Assembly: GCA_942491115.1 (NCBI GenBank)
Contig: CALNZV010000020.1
Span: 1,149,107 to 1,213,106 of the forward strand
Source of the DNA: an uncultured Desulfobacteraceae bacterium
GTDB taxonomy: Bacteria > Desulfobacterota > Desulfobacteria > Desulfobacterales > UBA5852
Reading direction: 5' to 3'
DNA: 64,000 bases
The notes beneath the pieces were generated by a model. The model was not told the origin of the DNA, did not search any database, and saw only the letters and a list, made by a program, of their open reading frames with translations. Positions 1-9,712 of the stretch are shown here, one piece after another. Both the position numbers and the translations under genes were made by a program. The first letter of the stretch is position 1. Every line of letters begins with the position of its first letter.

Positions 1-19
1 GCCTCTAAGGAGCAGCGCG

Positions 20-892
20 ATGGATAAATGGGAAGACAATCGAGCCTGGTTTCTGGTGCTGCCGGTGTTCGTGGTCGTCGCCTTCAGCGCCATCATTCCA
101 TTGATGACCGTGGTTAATTTTTCCGTTCAGGATATCTTCGGACCCGGCCAGCGAGTGTTTGTGGGTTCCGAGTGGTTCAAGGAAGTGTTGAGCGACACTC
201 GTCTCCACGACGCCCTCTTGCGCCAGTTTCTTTTTTCCGGTCTGGTGCTTCTGATCGAGATTCCCCTCGGGGTCCTCATTGCCCTGGCCATGCCCAAGAA
301 AGGCTGGGGGGTTTCCGTCAGCCTCGTGACCCTGGCCATCCCTCTTCTGATTCCCTGGAATGTGATCGGAACCATCTGGATCATCTTCACCCGCCCCGAC
401 ATCGGCCTGTTCGGCGCGGTGATCAATCATCTGGGGCTCGGCTTCGATCACACGGCATCTCCACTGGACGCCTGGATCACACTGTTGCTGATGGAAGTCT
501 GGCATTGGACCCCTCTGGTCGCCCTCCTGGCCTATGCGGGGCTCAGGGCCATCCCGGAGGCCTATTTCCAGGCGGCCAAAATCGACGGGGCTTCGGCCTG
601 GGCCACCTTCCGATACATCCAGCTGCCTAAGATGCGCGGGGTGTTGACCATCGCTGTCCTACTCCGGTTCATGGACAGCTTTTTGATTTATGCCGAACCC
701 TTCGTTCTGACCGGAGGCGGACCCGGCAACGCCACCACCTTCCTGTCTATTTACCTGGTCAAGATCGCCGTCGGCCAGTTCGATCTCGGGCCGGCCGCCG
801 CTTTTTCCCTGGTCTATTTCCTCATCATCCTGCTGTTCAGCTGGCTCTTCTACCAGGCGCTGCAAAATGTCGGAAAGGGGGACAAGACATGA
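20..892 (+). CDS. ABC transporter permease (binding-protein-dependent, MalF/UgpA-like)
   Basis: 290-aa ORF. AAGGAG RBS at 7-12. About 6 hydrophobic spans. EAA-type loop AAKIDGASAWATFRYIQLP. 4-nt ATGA overlap with the next permease. Confidence 0.85.
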   Translation: MDKWEDNRAWFLVLPVFVVVAFSAIIPLMTVVNFSVQDIFGPGQRVFVGSEWFKEVLSDTRLHDALLRQFLFSGLVLLIEIPLGVLIALAMPKKGWGVSVSLVTLAIPLLIPWNVIGTIWIIFTRPDIGLFGAVINHLGLGFDHTASPLDAWITLLLMEVWHWTPLVALLAYAGLRAIPEAYFQAAKIDGASAWATFRYIQLPKMRGVLTIAVLLRFMDSFLIYAEPFVLTGGGPGNATTFLSIYLVKIAVGQFDLGPAAAFSLVYFLIILLFSWLFYQALQNVGKGDKT

Positions 893-1692
893 GGATCAGG
901 CTTCGAACCATCGGTCTTCTCTTCTACTTCGTATTGCTCATGCTTCCGATCTACTGGATGCTGAACATGTCCCTGCGGACCAATGCGGACATCCTCGGCA
1001 CCTTCGCTCTTTACCCGTCCGCACCGACCCTATCCAACTACGCCAAAATTTTTACAGATGCCTCCTGGTATTCCGGGTACATCAATTCCATCCTTTACGT
1101 GAGCATCAACACCCTGATCTCTCTGGTCACGGCGCTTCCGGCGGCCTATGCTTTCTCTCGCTACCGCTTCATCGGTGACAAACACATCTTCTTCTGGCTG
1201 CTGACCAACCGGATGGCCCCTGCCGCGGTTTTTCTGCTGCCCTTCTTTCAGCTGTATTCGACTTTCGGCCTGATCGACACCCACATCGCAGTGGCTTTGG
1301 CCCACTGCCTGTTCAACGTGCCGCTGGCCGTATGGATTCTGGAGGGGTTCATGTCGGGGATTCCCAGGGAGATCGATGAGACGGCCTATCTGGACGGCTA
1401 CACTTTCCCCCGGTTTTTCATCACGGTTTTCCTACCGCTGATCAGAGCCGGTGTGGGGGTGACGGCCTTTTTCTGCTTCATGTTCTCATGGGTGGAGCTG
1501 CTTCTGGCCAGAACCCTCACCACGACGAATGCCAAACCCATCGCTGCCACCATGACACGGACGGTGAGCGCTACGGGCCTCGACTGGGGACTTTTGGCCG
1601 CGGCGGGCATTCTGACGATCGTTCCGGGTGCCCTGGTCATCTGGTTCGTCCGGAACCACATGGCCAAGGGCTTTGCTCTGGGGCGGGTCTAA
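889..1692 (+). CDS. ABC transporter permease (MalG/UgpE-like)
   Basis: 267-aa polytopic ORF. EAA-type loop IDETAYLDGYTFPRFFITVFLPL. Translationally coupled to the upstream permease. Confidence 0.85.
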   Translation: MRIRLRTIGLLFYFVLLMLPIYWMLNMSLRTNADILGTFALYPSAPTLSNYAKIFTDASWYSGYINSILYVSINTLISLVTALPAAYAFSRYRFIGDKHIFFWLLTNRMAPAAVFLLPFFQLYSTFGLIDTHIAVALAHCLFNVPLAVWILEGFMSGIPREIDETAYLDGYTFPRFFITVFLPLIRAGVGVTAFFCFMFSWVELLLARTLTTTNAKPIAATMTRTVSATGLDWGLLAAAGILTIVPGALVIWFVRNHMAKGFALGRV

Positions 1693-1719
1693 CGGCATAG
1701 AGAAAGGAACGGGGCGAGA

Positions 1720-1998
1720 ATGTCTCTGGAATGGATGGCCTGGACGCCCATAACGGCCGGCTTTTTCATCGTCATTTTTTTGGTGCTGGTGGCCATGACC
1801 GTCTGGCAGGTGGTTTCACCCACCGTCGAACGGAAAGGGTTCCTGCCGATGCGCACCACCCGGGGGGACCGACTTTTCATTGGATTGCTTGGCAGCGCAT
1901 ATATTTACCTGGCCTGGCTGGGGATGACGGATTGGAGTTTGTGGCTCGCCTTGCCCCTTTCGCTGGTTTTTCTCGTGATTGTCATTGCCTTCGGATAG
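1720..1998 (+). CDS. small integral membrane protein, DUF2160-like
   Basis: 92 aa with 3 hydrophobic segments. MAWTPITAGFF...TTRGDRLFIGLL motif, which I recall from the DUF2160 proteins embedded in this class of sugar/polyol ABC operons. Position between permease and binding protein fits. Confidence 0.6.
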   Translation: MSLEWMAWTPITAGFFIVIFLVLVAMTVWQVVSPTVERKGFLPMRTTRGDRLFIGLLGSAYIYLAWLGMTDWSLWLALPLSLVFLVIVIAFG

Positions 1999-2103
1999 AC
2001 GATTGTTGACACCGGCAGTTCCTATCCGACGGCGGTTTGGCGGTTCGAAAGGAAAGGGGGCCAGGGCGTTTAGGGGGAAACCGAAAACGGATCGGGAGGA
2101 CAC

Positions 2104-3867
2104 ATGAAGAAAAGAAGTGCAATGCGATACTGGAGGCGATCCCTGGGGATAGGGATTCTGGCATTGACGGTTGTACTGGCAGCCAGCTTCGTATGGGCGG
2201 CCGGCCAGATGGATGCAGCCAAGAAATGGGTTGAGGAGGAATTCCAACCCTCCACCCTCAGCAAAGACGACCAGATGAAGGAAATGGAGTGGTTCATCAA
2301 GGCCGCCGCTCCCTTCAAGGGGATGGAAATTCGCGTGGTGTCGGAAACCATACCGACCCACGAATACGAGTCGAAGGTGCTGACGAAGGCCTTCGAGGAC
2401 ATCACCGGCATCAAGGTGACCCACGACCTCATCCAGGAGGGTGACGTCATCGAAAAACTCCAGACCCAGCTCCAGTCGGGGGAGAACGTCTTCGATGCCT
2501 ACGTCAACGACTCCGATCTCATCGGCACCCATTTCCGTTACGGGTTTGTGGTCAACTTGACCGACTGGATGGCCGGCGAGGGCAAGGACGTCACTCTGCC
2601 GTCCCTTGACGTCGATGATTTTATGGGCAAATCCTTCACCACCGGTCCGGACGGCAAACTCTACCAGCTGCCGGATCAGCAGTTCGCCAATCTCTACTGG
2701 TTCCGCTACGACTGGTTCCAGCGGGATGATCTTAAAAAACAGTTCAAGGAGAAATACGGCTACGAACTGGGCGTGCCGGTCAACTGGTCGGCCTACGAAG
2801 ACGTTGCCGAGTTTTTCACCGAAGGCGTTAGAGAAATCGATGGCAAAGCGGTCTACGGGCACATGGACTATGGAAAGAAAGCCCCCGACTTGGGATGGCG
2901 ATTCACCGATGCGTGGCTGTCCATGGCCGGGGCCGGCGACAAAGGACTTCCCAACGGCAAACCTGTGGACGAATGGGGGATTCGCGTCGACGACTGCAAG
3001 CCCGTGGGTGCCAGCATCGAGAGAGGAGGCGCCGCCAACGGTCCGGCGGCCAAATACGCTCTCCGCAAATACATGGAATGGCTGCGTAAATATGCACCTC
3101 CGGGTGCCCTCGGCATGGACTTCTACCAGTCCCTTCCGAGCCTCGCCAAGGGCAATGTCGCCCAGCAGATTTTCTGGTATACGGCCTTTACCGCGTCCAT
3201 GGTGGCACCCCAGGGCGAAGGAAACAACACGGTGGACGACAAGGGGTTTCCGCTCTGGCGGATGGCGCCGTCGCCCCACGGACCCTACTGGGAGGAGGGC
3301 CAGAAGCTAGGATATCAGGACTGCGGCTCCTGGACGCTGCTCAACAGCACCCCGGTGGATCGGCGAAAGGCGGCTTGGCTCTTTGCCCAGTTCTGCGTTT
3401 CCAAAACCGTCTCTCTCAAGAAAACCCATGTGGGCCTGACCCCCATCAGGGACAGCGACATCCGCCACGACTCCTTCACAGAGCGGGCTCCCAAGCTGGG
3501 CGGCCTGGTTGAGTTCTACCGGAGCCCGGCCCGTGTGGCGTGGACCCCGAGCGGCACCAACGTGCCCGACTACCCCAAACTTGCCCAACTCTGGTGGCAG
3601 AACATTGGGGAAGCGGTGGCCGGTGAAGTGACGGTGGACACCGCCATGGACAACCTGGCCGCTGAAATGGATCGGGTGCTCCAGCGGCTGGAGCGGGCCA
3701 ATGTCATGGAAAAATGCGGACCGAAACTCAACAAGAAAGAAGATCCGGAGTACTGGCTGGGCCAGCCCGGTTCACCTAAGGCTAAACTGGACAATGAAAA
3801 GCCCCAGGGTGAAACGGTGGACTACGACAAGCTGATCAAAGCCTGGCGGGAGGGTCGTGTAAAATAA
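2104..3867 (+). CDS. ABC transporter periplasmic substrate-binding protein (sugar/polyol type, large)
   Basis: 587 aa. GGGAGGA RBS. N-terminal signal peptide LGIGILALTVVLAASFVWA. Operon context with two permeases. Confidence 0.8.
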   Translation: MKKRSAMRYWRRSLGIGILALTVVLAASFVWAAGQMDAAKKWVEEEFQPSTLSKDDQMKEMEWFIKAAAPFKGMEIRVVSETIPTHEYESKVLTKAFEDITGIKVTHDLIQEGDVIEKLQTQLQSGENVFDAYVNDSDLIGTHFRYGFVVNLTDWMAGEGKDVTLPSLDVDDFMGKSFTTGPDGKLYQLPDQQFANLYWFRYDWFQRDDLKKQFKEKYGYELGVPVNWSAYEDVAEFFTEGVREIDGKAVYGHMDYGKKAPDLGWRFTDAWLSMAGAGDKGLPNGKPVDEWGIRVDDCKPVGASIERGGAANGPAAKYALRKYMEWLRKYAPPGALGMDFYQSLPSLAKGNVAQQIFWYTAFTASMVAPQGEGNNTVDDKGFPLWRMAPSPHGPYWEEGQKLGYQDCGSWTLLNSTPVDRRKAAWLFAQFCVSKTVSLKKTHVGLTPIRDSDIRHDSFTERAPKLGGLVEFYRSPARVAWTPSGTNVPDYPKLAQLWWQNIGEAVAGEVTVDTAMDNLAAEMDRVLQRLERANVMEKCGPKLNKKEDPEYWLGQPGSPKAKLDNEKPQGETVDYDKLIKAWREGRVK

Positions 3868-3908
3868 CCGCCGACATCTAACCTGCCGGGAGGATTCCGG
3901 CCTATGGT

Positions 3909-3943
3909 AAAAGCCCCTTCCCTTGCGGTAGGGGCTTTTTTTT
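3909..3943. terminator. bidirectional intrinsic terminator between convergent genes
   Basis: AAAAGCCCCT / AGGGGCTTTT stem with loop tcccttgcggt. Followed by a T8 run on + and preceded by an A4 run (T-run for the - strand). Lies between the stop at 3867 (+) and the stop at 3960 (-). Confidence 0.75.
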
Positions 3944-3959
3944 GGGGGGTGAGCCATGC

Positions 3960-5054
3960 TCACGGGAACCGTTTCGACCAGGCCTCTTCGATCAGATCGA
4001 AGAGGGCGATGCACTCCAACCCGAAGGGCAGATACCCCATATACCCGATAATCGGCATTTCGAAGAGATGAAAACGCTGGACATAAGGGATGGTGTACGC
4101 CCACTTCGCCAGGCTGTATTGATTCCACATCTCCCAGAAAATCCCGCAAAAAAGGCCCGCCAGAGCCGCGGAAACGGCCGGCCGCCAGTCACCGGCCACC
4201 ATCTCCGAAAACCCGTGGCGCTTACCGAGAAGGATTCGACCCCCCGACAGGATCAACAGGGGGGATATCCACAGAAGAGGAAAAAGACTGTCGGGAAACA
4301 GACCGACCGCCGTCAGCCCAGCGGCCGCCGCCAGGACCATACCCACGGCGGCTAGTCGCGGATATCCGTGACGAAGGGGGGATAGGCCATGGAATCGCCT
4401 CCGGAAGCCCTCCTGCCCTGCGATCCATTCCCGTGCGGTGACCACGGCGGGCAACACCGTGGAAAAGCTCATGCTGGCGTAGAGGGTGTAGCGAAGGGGA
4501 CCGTAAGACACACCCGTATACCACCAGTTCTGGACGAACCGGTTGAGGTATTCGAAATACCACCAGAACAGTCCGCTGAGGGGAAACAGAACCAGAAAGA
4601 ACAGGGGCCGTCTGAGCATTGGGCAGCTTCCGGATTGCCGCTGGCAAAGCCCGTTGAGGACAAGGATGAAGGAAAACCACAACAGAATGAAGGTGTGGGG
4701 CTGGAGGGGAGCGAACCATGAAAAGCGGTTCCAGGCCAGAATCCAGGAGGCGATTCCGCAACCCAGCCCCATCCATCCCCAACCGGGGAAAGGTTTTGCA
4801 GGGGCCGGTTCGGTGGGCTGCCGTTGGGGGTCGGACCGTCGGCCAGCAGCAATCAGGATTCCGACGACGGCTGCCTCGAAGAGGACGAATACCCAGAACA
4901 CCGGCCAGGAAAACGTCGGGTGAAAGACGTGGCGAGTGAGGGGTGGAAACTCGACGTAGGGTGCTAGGGGCCGTCCGGCTGCCATCAGCCCCATCAGGGG
5001 AAGGGCCACCATCAGTCCTGCGCCGGTGAAGAGTGCCAGGGCTATGCGTCCCAT
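3960..5054 (-). CDS. polytopic integral membrane protein, unknown function
   Basis: 364 aa with about 9-10 hydrophobic, Trp/Phe-rich segments. No motif I recognise. Downstream of, and co-oriented with, the thioesterase gene. Confidence 0.6.
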   Translation of the reverse strand: MGRIALALFTGAGLMVALPLMGLMAAGRPLAPYVEFPPLTRHVFHPTFSWPVFWVFVLFEAAVVGILIAAGRRSDPQRQPTEPAPAKPFPGWGWMGLGCGIASWILAWNRFSWFAPLQPHTFILLWFSFILVLNGLCQRQSGSCPMLRRPLFFLVLFPLSGLFWWYFEYLNRFVQNWWYTGVSYGPLRYTLYASMSFSTVLPAVVTAREWIAGQEGFRRRFHGLSPLRHGYPRLAAVGMVLAAAAGLTAVGLFPDSLFPLLWISPLLILSGGRILLGKRHGFSEMVAGDWRPAVSAALAGLFCGIFWEMWNQYSLAKWAYTIPYVQRFHLFEMPIIGYMGYLPFGLECIALFDLIEEAWSKRFP

Positions 5055-5071
5055 GGGAGAAGGCGATCCCT

Positions 5072-5527
5072 TCAGTCGTCATTATTTAAAAAGGCCAGGG
5101 GCTTGCCGGTCCGGTAGGCCAGTGCCTGGCAGGTGGCGATGAGACGGCGGTTGTCGTCGGTGACCCGGATGTCGTAGGTGGCGGTCTTCCGGGTACCGGC
5201 AACCCTTCGGGCTTCCGCCCTCAGCCGGGTCCTTCGATCCGGCGCTGCAATAAAGGTGGTGTTCACATTCAGGGCCACGGTCACCGTGCCGTCGGTCTGG
5301 CAGGCGGTTTCGAAGGCCTCGTCAATAAGAGCGAAGACGGCGCCGCCGTGGATCCGGCCGAATAGATTGGCCATCCGATCCGGATCATAACGCATCTCCA
5401 CGGCGGAACGACCGTCGTCGAGATCAATGAGGGTGATCCCCAATGTGCGGGCAAAGGGCTCCCTTTCAACGGCGGTTGCGATGGCGGTTTTCAATCGGTC
5501 ATCCATTTTGTCTCCCTTAGAATCCAC
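5072..5527 (-). CDS. PaaI-family hotdog-fold acyl-CoA thioesterase
   Basis: 151 aa. IHGGAVFALIDEAFETA core motif typical of PaaI/4HBT-type thioesterases. Confidence 0.8.
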   Translation of the reverse strand: MDSKGDKMDDRLKTAIATAVEREPFARTLGITLIDLDDGRSAVEMRYDPDRMANLFGRIHGGAVFALIDEAFETACQTDGTVTVALNVNTTFIAAPDRRTRLRAEARRVAGTRKTATYDIRVTDDNRRLIATCQALAYRTGKPLAFLNNDD

Positions 5528-5620
5528 CGGCTTCGGCTTCGGTCTTCGCTGTTTTCAAACGGCCATTTTGTTCCGGCGTGACTCTGTGATCGTTTCGACG
5601 CCCCTGAGGCCCGGGCTTTC

Positions 5621-5649
5621 TTGACAGGCGGATGTGGGTCTATTATAGC
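5621..5649 (+). promoter_or_regulatory. candidate sigma70-type promoter upstream of the peptide ABC operon
   Basis: TTGACA (5621-5626), 17-nt spacer, TATAGC (5644-5649). About 280 nt upstream of the binding-protein start. Confidence 0.4.
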
Positions 5650-5929
5650 ACATAAATACCTGAAAAAATGATGTCAAAGACACCGATCTATCCATGACGC
5701 ACTGGATGCAAACGATCGGCAGGGCTTCCCCCCTCAAGGCGTTATATCCTTTTCCACTTTTTCCGATGCCATCTGCCGAGAGCAACATTCAACAGGTTCC
5801 AAGACAGGCCTGGGGCTAACGTTCCCCGGCCCATCTCACGAAGGGGCGTCGGGAATCCGCCGGGTTTGGCGTTTCTGTGAACCGGTTTCCGCCCACAGAA
5901 GACACATCCCTTAACTCGAAGGAGGCGTT

Positions 5930-7666
5930 ATGAAACGATGGCTTTTGGTGGTTGCAATTGCCCTTCTGCTTTCCCCTCAGGCCCAGGCCACTTCAAAGAA
6001 CCCGGAAACGTTTGTTTTTGCTTCTTACGGCACCCTGAGAACCCTCGATCCCTGCGTGGCTTATGATACGGTGTCTTCTCAGCGACTCTGGAATATTTAT
6101 CAACCGCTGATCTTTTTTGATGGATCCCACACCGATCGCTTCAAGCCTTTGCTGGCCGCTGACGTGCCGACCCTTGAAAATGGTGGGATCTCAGAAGACG
6201 GAAAGACCTACACGTTTACCATACGCAAGGGAGTGACATTTCACGACGGACAATCCCTGAAACCGGAAGACGTGGTCTACGCATTCAAGCGGAACATGAT
6301 CGCCGACCCTGATGGTGGACCCATGTGGATGCTATTAGAGGCCTTGACCGGCGAGGGTTCCACCCGGGACAAGGACGGCAAAATCATCCCCGGGATCTTT
6401 GAAAAGATTGACAATTGTATCGACGCCGAGGGCGCTCAGGTCACTTTTCACCTGCCGGCCCCCTACCCGCCTTTCATGGGGATACTGGCCTACTCTTCCT
6501 CCGTGATCCTGAGCAAGGACTGGTGCATCGCCAACGGCTGTTGGGACGGCAAGATCGAGAACGCAGCCAACTACAATAATCCCAGCCCGGGTCATGAGCC
6601 CCTTCAGAAAATCGCTAACGGCACCAATGCCTATAAAATGAAATCCTGGGAACCCAACAAGGAATTCGTCTTCGAACGCTTTGATGGGTACTGGGGGACC
6701 AAGCCAAAGTTCAAAACCGCCATTATCAAATATGTCAAGGAATGGAGCACCCGGAAGCTCATGCTCCAGAACGGGGATGCGGACCGGGTTCTCGTGCCAA
6801 ATCCCTATGTGCCCGAGGTACAGGCGATGAAGGGCCTCAAGCTTTACGAGGTGCCTCAGCTGTCGGTCACCATGGCGTTTTTCTGCCAGAAAATTAATGC
6901 CGCCGGGAACCCCAACATCGGCAGCGGCAAGCTCGACGGAGACGGCATCCCTCCAGAGTTTTTCAGCGATATCAACGTGCGCAGAGCGTTTCTTCACGGG
7001 TTTGACCGCAAGACTTATGCGCAAGACGTATTTAACGGCCTTGTGGTCATGCCCACGAGTCCCAACATCGAGGGCCTGGCCTTCCATAAGGATGTGCCGG
7101 TGTACGAATTCGATCTGGAAAAGGCGGCAGATTACATGAAAAAAGCCTGGGGCGGGGAGGTCTGGAAGAAGGGCTTCAAAATGATCATCACCCACAACAC
7201 GGGCAACGAAATGCGAGAAGCTGCAGCCTTGATGCTGGCCGAAAATATCATGTCTATCAATCCCAAGTTTCGGATCGAAGTGCAAAACGTGGAATGGAAG
7301 GACTATCTGGTCAAATACCGCAATTTTATGTACCCGATTTTCCTGATCGGCTGGGGGGCGGACTATGCGGACCCCCATAATTTCGTATACACCTTCATGC
7401 ACTCAAAAGGGGTTTACGGTCGCTATATGGCGTACCAGAACACCGAGGTGGACCGTCTTTGCGAAGAAGGTATTGCAACGATCGATCCGGCTCTGCGGGA
7501 AAACGTCTACCACACGCTCCAGGACATGTTTTACTCGGAAGCCATTGCCGTACCCCTCTATCAACAGATCGTGGTGCGGGCCTACCGGGAGTGGATCAGC
7601 GGCTATCAGCCCAACGCCATGCTAACGGAAGAAAACGAAATGCTGATGGATATCTGGAAAGAATAG
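5930..7666 (+). CDS. ABC transporter substrate-binding protein, family 5 (peptide/nickel, OppA/DppA-like)
   Basis: 578 aa. GAAGGAGG RBS. Signal peptide LLVVAIALLLSPQAQA. First gene of a five-gene Opp/Dpp-type operon. Confidence 0.85.
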   Translation: MKRWLLVVAIALLLSPQAQATSKNPETFVFASYGTLRTLDPCVAYDTVSSQRLWNIYQPLIFFDGSHTDRFKPLLAADVPTLENGGISEDGKTYTFTIRKGVTFHDGQSLKPEDVVYAFKRNMIADPDGGPMWMLLEALTGEGSTRDKDGKIIPGIFEKIDNCIDAEGAQVTFHLPAPYPPFMGILAYSSSVILSKDWCIANGCWDGKIENAANYNNPSPGHEPLQKIANGTNAYKMKSWEPNKEFVFERFDGYWGTKPKFKTAIIKYVKEWSTRKLMLQNGDADRVLVPNPYVPEVQAMKGLKLYEVPQLSVTMAFFCQKINAAGNPNIGSGKLDGDGIPPEFFSDINVRRAFLHGFDRKTYAQDVFNGLVVMPTSPNIEGLAFHKDVPVYEFDLEKAADYMKKAWGGEVWKKGFKMIITHNTGNEMREAAALMLAENIMSINPKFRIEVQNVEWKDYLVKYRNFMYPIFLIGWGADYADPHNFVYTFMHSKGVYGRYMAYQNTEVDRLCEEGIATIDPALRENVYHTLQDMFYSEAIAVPLYQQIVVRAYREWISGYQPNAMLTEENEMLMDIWKE

Positions 7667-7753
7667 GCGATACGATTCGGTTTCCCACAGGGGGAGCGGC
7701 AACAACCGTTGGCCGTCCGGGAACATCCCGGCCGGCCGACCCCGATAGGACCC

Positions 7754-8785
7754 ATGACCACTTATATTGCCAGACGCTTTTTTTTCTTGATCTTCGTTCT
7801 TTTCGGTGTCTCGATCCTGCTTTTCGGCATCCTGATGACCTTCAGCCCCGAGCGGCGGGCAGCGGCCTACGTGACCACCCCCCAGCAGGCCAAAGACATC
7901 CCCAGGATCATCAAGCAGTTCGGTCTCGACGAGCCCCTATACGTCCAGTATGTCCGATGGATCAAGGAGGTGTCCGGGGGCAATCTGGGCTGGTCTCTGG
8001 TGGCCGCCCGGCCTGTGGGGGAAGCGTTCTGGCGGTATTTCCCTGTCACCCTCGAGATGAACCTCTTTGCCGCGCCCATCGTCATTTTTTTGGGCATATG
8101 GTTGGGGTCGATATCCGGCATCCACCGGGACACCTGGATCGATCATTCCACCCGCATTTTCGCGATTGTCGGCTGGTCGCTGCCCACGTTTCTTTTCGCC
8201 CTCGTGCTGCTGATGGTGTTTTACGGGTATTTTCAAGTGTTCTCTCCGGGGGTCCTGAGCGATTCGGTCACCATGTTCATCATTGACCATCCGGATCAAT
8301 TCACCCGCTATACCGGGCTCTACACCATCGACGGGCTGCTCAACGGCCGGCCGGAAATCACCCTGGACGCCCTGAATCATTTGGTTCTGCCCATTCTGAC
8401 TTACGTGACCGTGGTAGTGGCCCTCAACATGCGGGTCATGCGCTCGGGGATTATCGAGGAATTGTCCAAGGACTATGTCATGACCGTAAGGGCAAAAGGA
8501 GGGGACCCAAAGACCGTTCATTTCAAACACGCCCGCAGAAATGCCCTGCTGCCGGTGGTGACGGTGGCGGGTCAACTCGTGGCCCTGTCCATGGAAGGGA
8601 GCATCGCCGTCGAGGTGGTCTTCAGCCGCCACGGGATCGGATGGTGGCTGGCCGAATCCGCCATCCAGCTCGACATGCCGGTGTTGATGTGCGTGGGCCT
8701 TTTTATGGGACTGGTGTTCGTTGTCACGAACCTGACACTAGATATTCTTTACGCCTACATCGATCCGAGAATTCGGTTGAACTGA
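7754..8785 (+). CDS. peptide ABC transporter permease (DppB/OppB-like)
   Basis: N-terminus MTTYIARRFFFLIFVLFGVSILLF is typical of DppB/OppB. The ORF track starts at an upstream TTG (7709); I prefer the ATG at 7754. Confidence 0.85.
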   Translation: MTTYIARRFFFLIFVLFGVSILLFGILMTFSPERRAAAYVTTPQQAKDIPRIIKQFGLDEPLYVQYVRWIKEVSGGNLGWSLVAARPVGEAFWRYFPVTLEMNLFAAPIVIFLGIWLGSISGIHRDTWIDHSTRIFAIVGWSLPTFLFALVLLMVFYGYFQVFSPGVLSDSVTMFIIDHPDQFTRYTGLYTIDGLLNGRPEITLDALNHLVLPILTYVTVVVALNMRVMRSGIIEELSKDYVMTVRAKGGDPKTVHFKHARRNALLPVVTVAGQLVALSMEGSIAVEVVFSRHGIGWWLAESAIQLDMPVLMCVGLFMGLVFVVTNLTLDILYAYIDPRIRLN

Positions 8786-8798
8786 CCGGAAAGATCTA

Positions 8799-9704
8799 AT
8801 GAACGACACCCACCCGCGGCTGCGCGAGCTTACATTTACCCTCTACCGAATTTTTCGAAATCCGTCGGCCATCATCGGGTTTACCCTACTGATCTTTTTT
8901 GCAGGGGTAGCGGTTCTGGCACCGGTGATCGCACCACCAAAATACGCCCACAATCCGTATATGATGCCCCATAAGGGATACTCTCCTACGCCCAAGCCAC
9001 CGAGCAGCTCCCACATCTTCGGGACGACTTCCGGCCAGTACGACATTTTTTACGGGGTGGTGTGGGGATCCCGAACGGCGTTTAAGATCGGATTGTTCGT
9101 CGTCGTCATGGCGGGTATCGTGGGCGTCAGCCTGGGAGCTGTCGCGGGATATTACGGCGGGCTCATCGATGAGATCCTCATGCGGATCACAGATGTGATA
9201 TGGGCGCTTCCCACCCTCGTGCTGGCGATGGCCATTGTGGTCGCCTTCGGCCGGGGACTGGACAAGGTGATGATCGCGCTCGCCCTGGTCCAGTGGCGGT
9301 GGTATGTGCGGGTGATCCGCTCCGAAATTCTAACCCTGAGAGACCAGGACTTTGTTCATGCGGCAAAGATCATGGGGGTGTCGGACGTTACCATCATCTT
9401 TCGGCACATTCTGCCCAATGCCATTTATCCGGTGTTGATCATGGCTTCTATGGACATGGGATCCATGGTGATCACCGCTTCCTTTTTAAGCTTTGTCGGA
9501 CTGGGCGCACCAAAAGGGTATTCAGACTGGGGTCAGATGGTTGCCCTGGCCCGCAATTATATTATCGGTCCGCCCGATGACCCGCTCCGGTTCTGGTACA
9601 CGATTGCGATTCCGGGAGCTTGCATCATTCTGTTCGTTTTATCCTGGAACCTGATCGGCGATGCCCTTCGGGATGCATTCGACCCCAAACAGAGGCGAAG
9701 ATAG
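8799..9704 (+). CDS. peptide ABC transporter permease (DppC/OppC-like)
   Basis: 301 aa. Conserved segments FGTTSGQYDIFYGVVWGSR and VHAAKIMGVSDVTIIFRHILPN. Confidence 0.85.
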   Translation: MNDTHPRLRELTFTLYRIFRNPSAIIGFTLLIFFAGVAVLAPVIAPPKYAHNPYMMPHKGYSPTPKPPSSSHIFGTTSGQYDIFYGVVWGSRTAFKIGLFVVVMAGIVGVSLGAVAGYYGGLIDEILMRITDVIWALPTLVLAMAIVVAFGRGLDKVMIALALVQWRWYVRVIRSEILTLRDQDFVHAAKIMGVSDVTIIFRHILPNAIYPVLIMASMDMGSMVITASFLSFVGLGAPKGYSDWGQMVALARNYIIGPPDDPLRFWYTIAIPGACIILFVLSWNLIGDALRDAFDPKQRRR

Positions 9705-9712
9705 ATAGGGTG

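Noticed and set aside
1816-3279. 487-aa ORF on the - strand
   Set aside because: Antisense to the well-supported 587-aa binding-protein gene. Arg/Gly/Pro/His-rich translation typical of a wrong-strand reading.
6335-7402. 355-aa ORF on the - strand
   Set aside because: Antisense to the family-5 peptide-binding protein gene. No motif and no RBS context.
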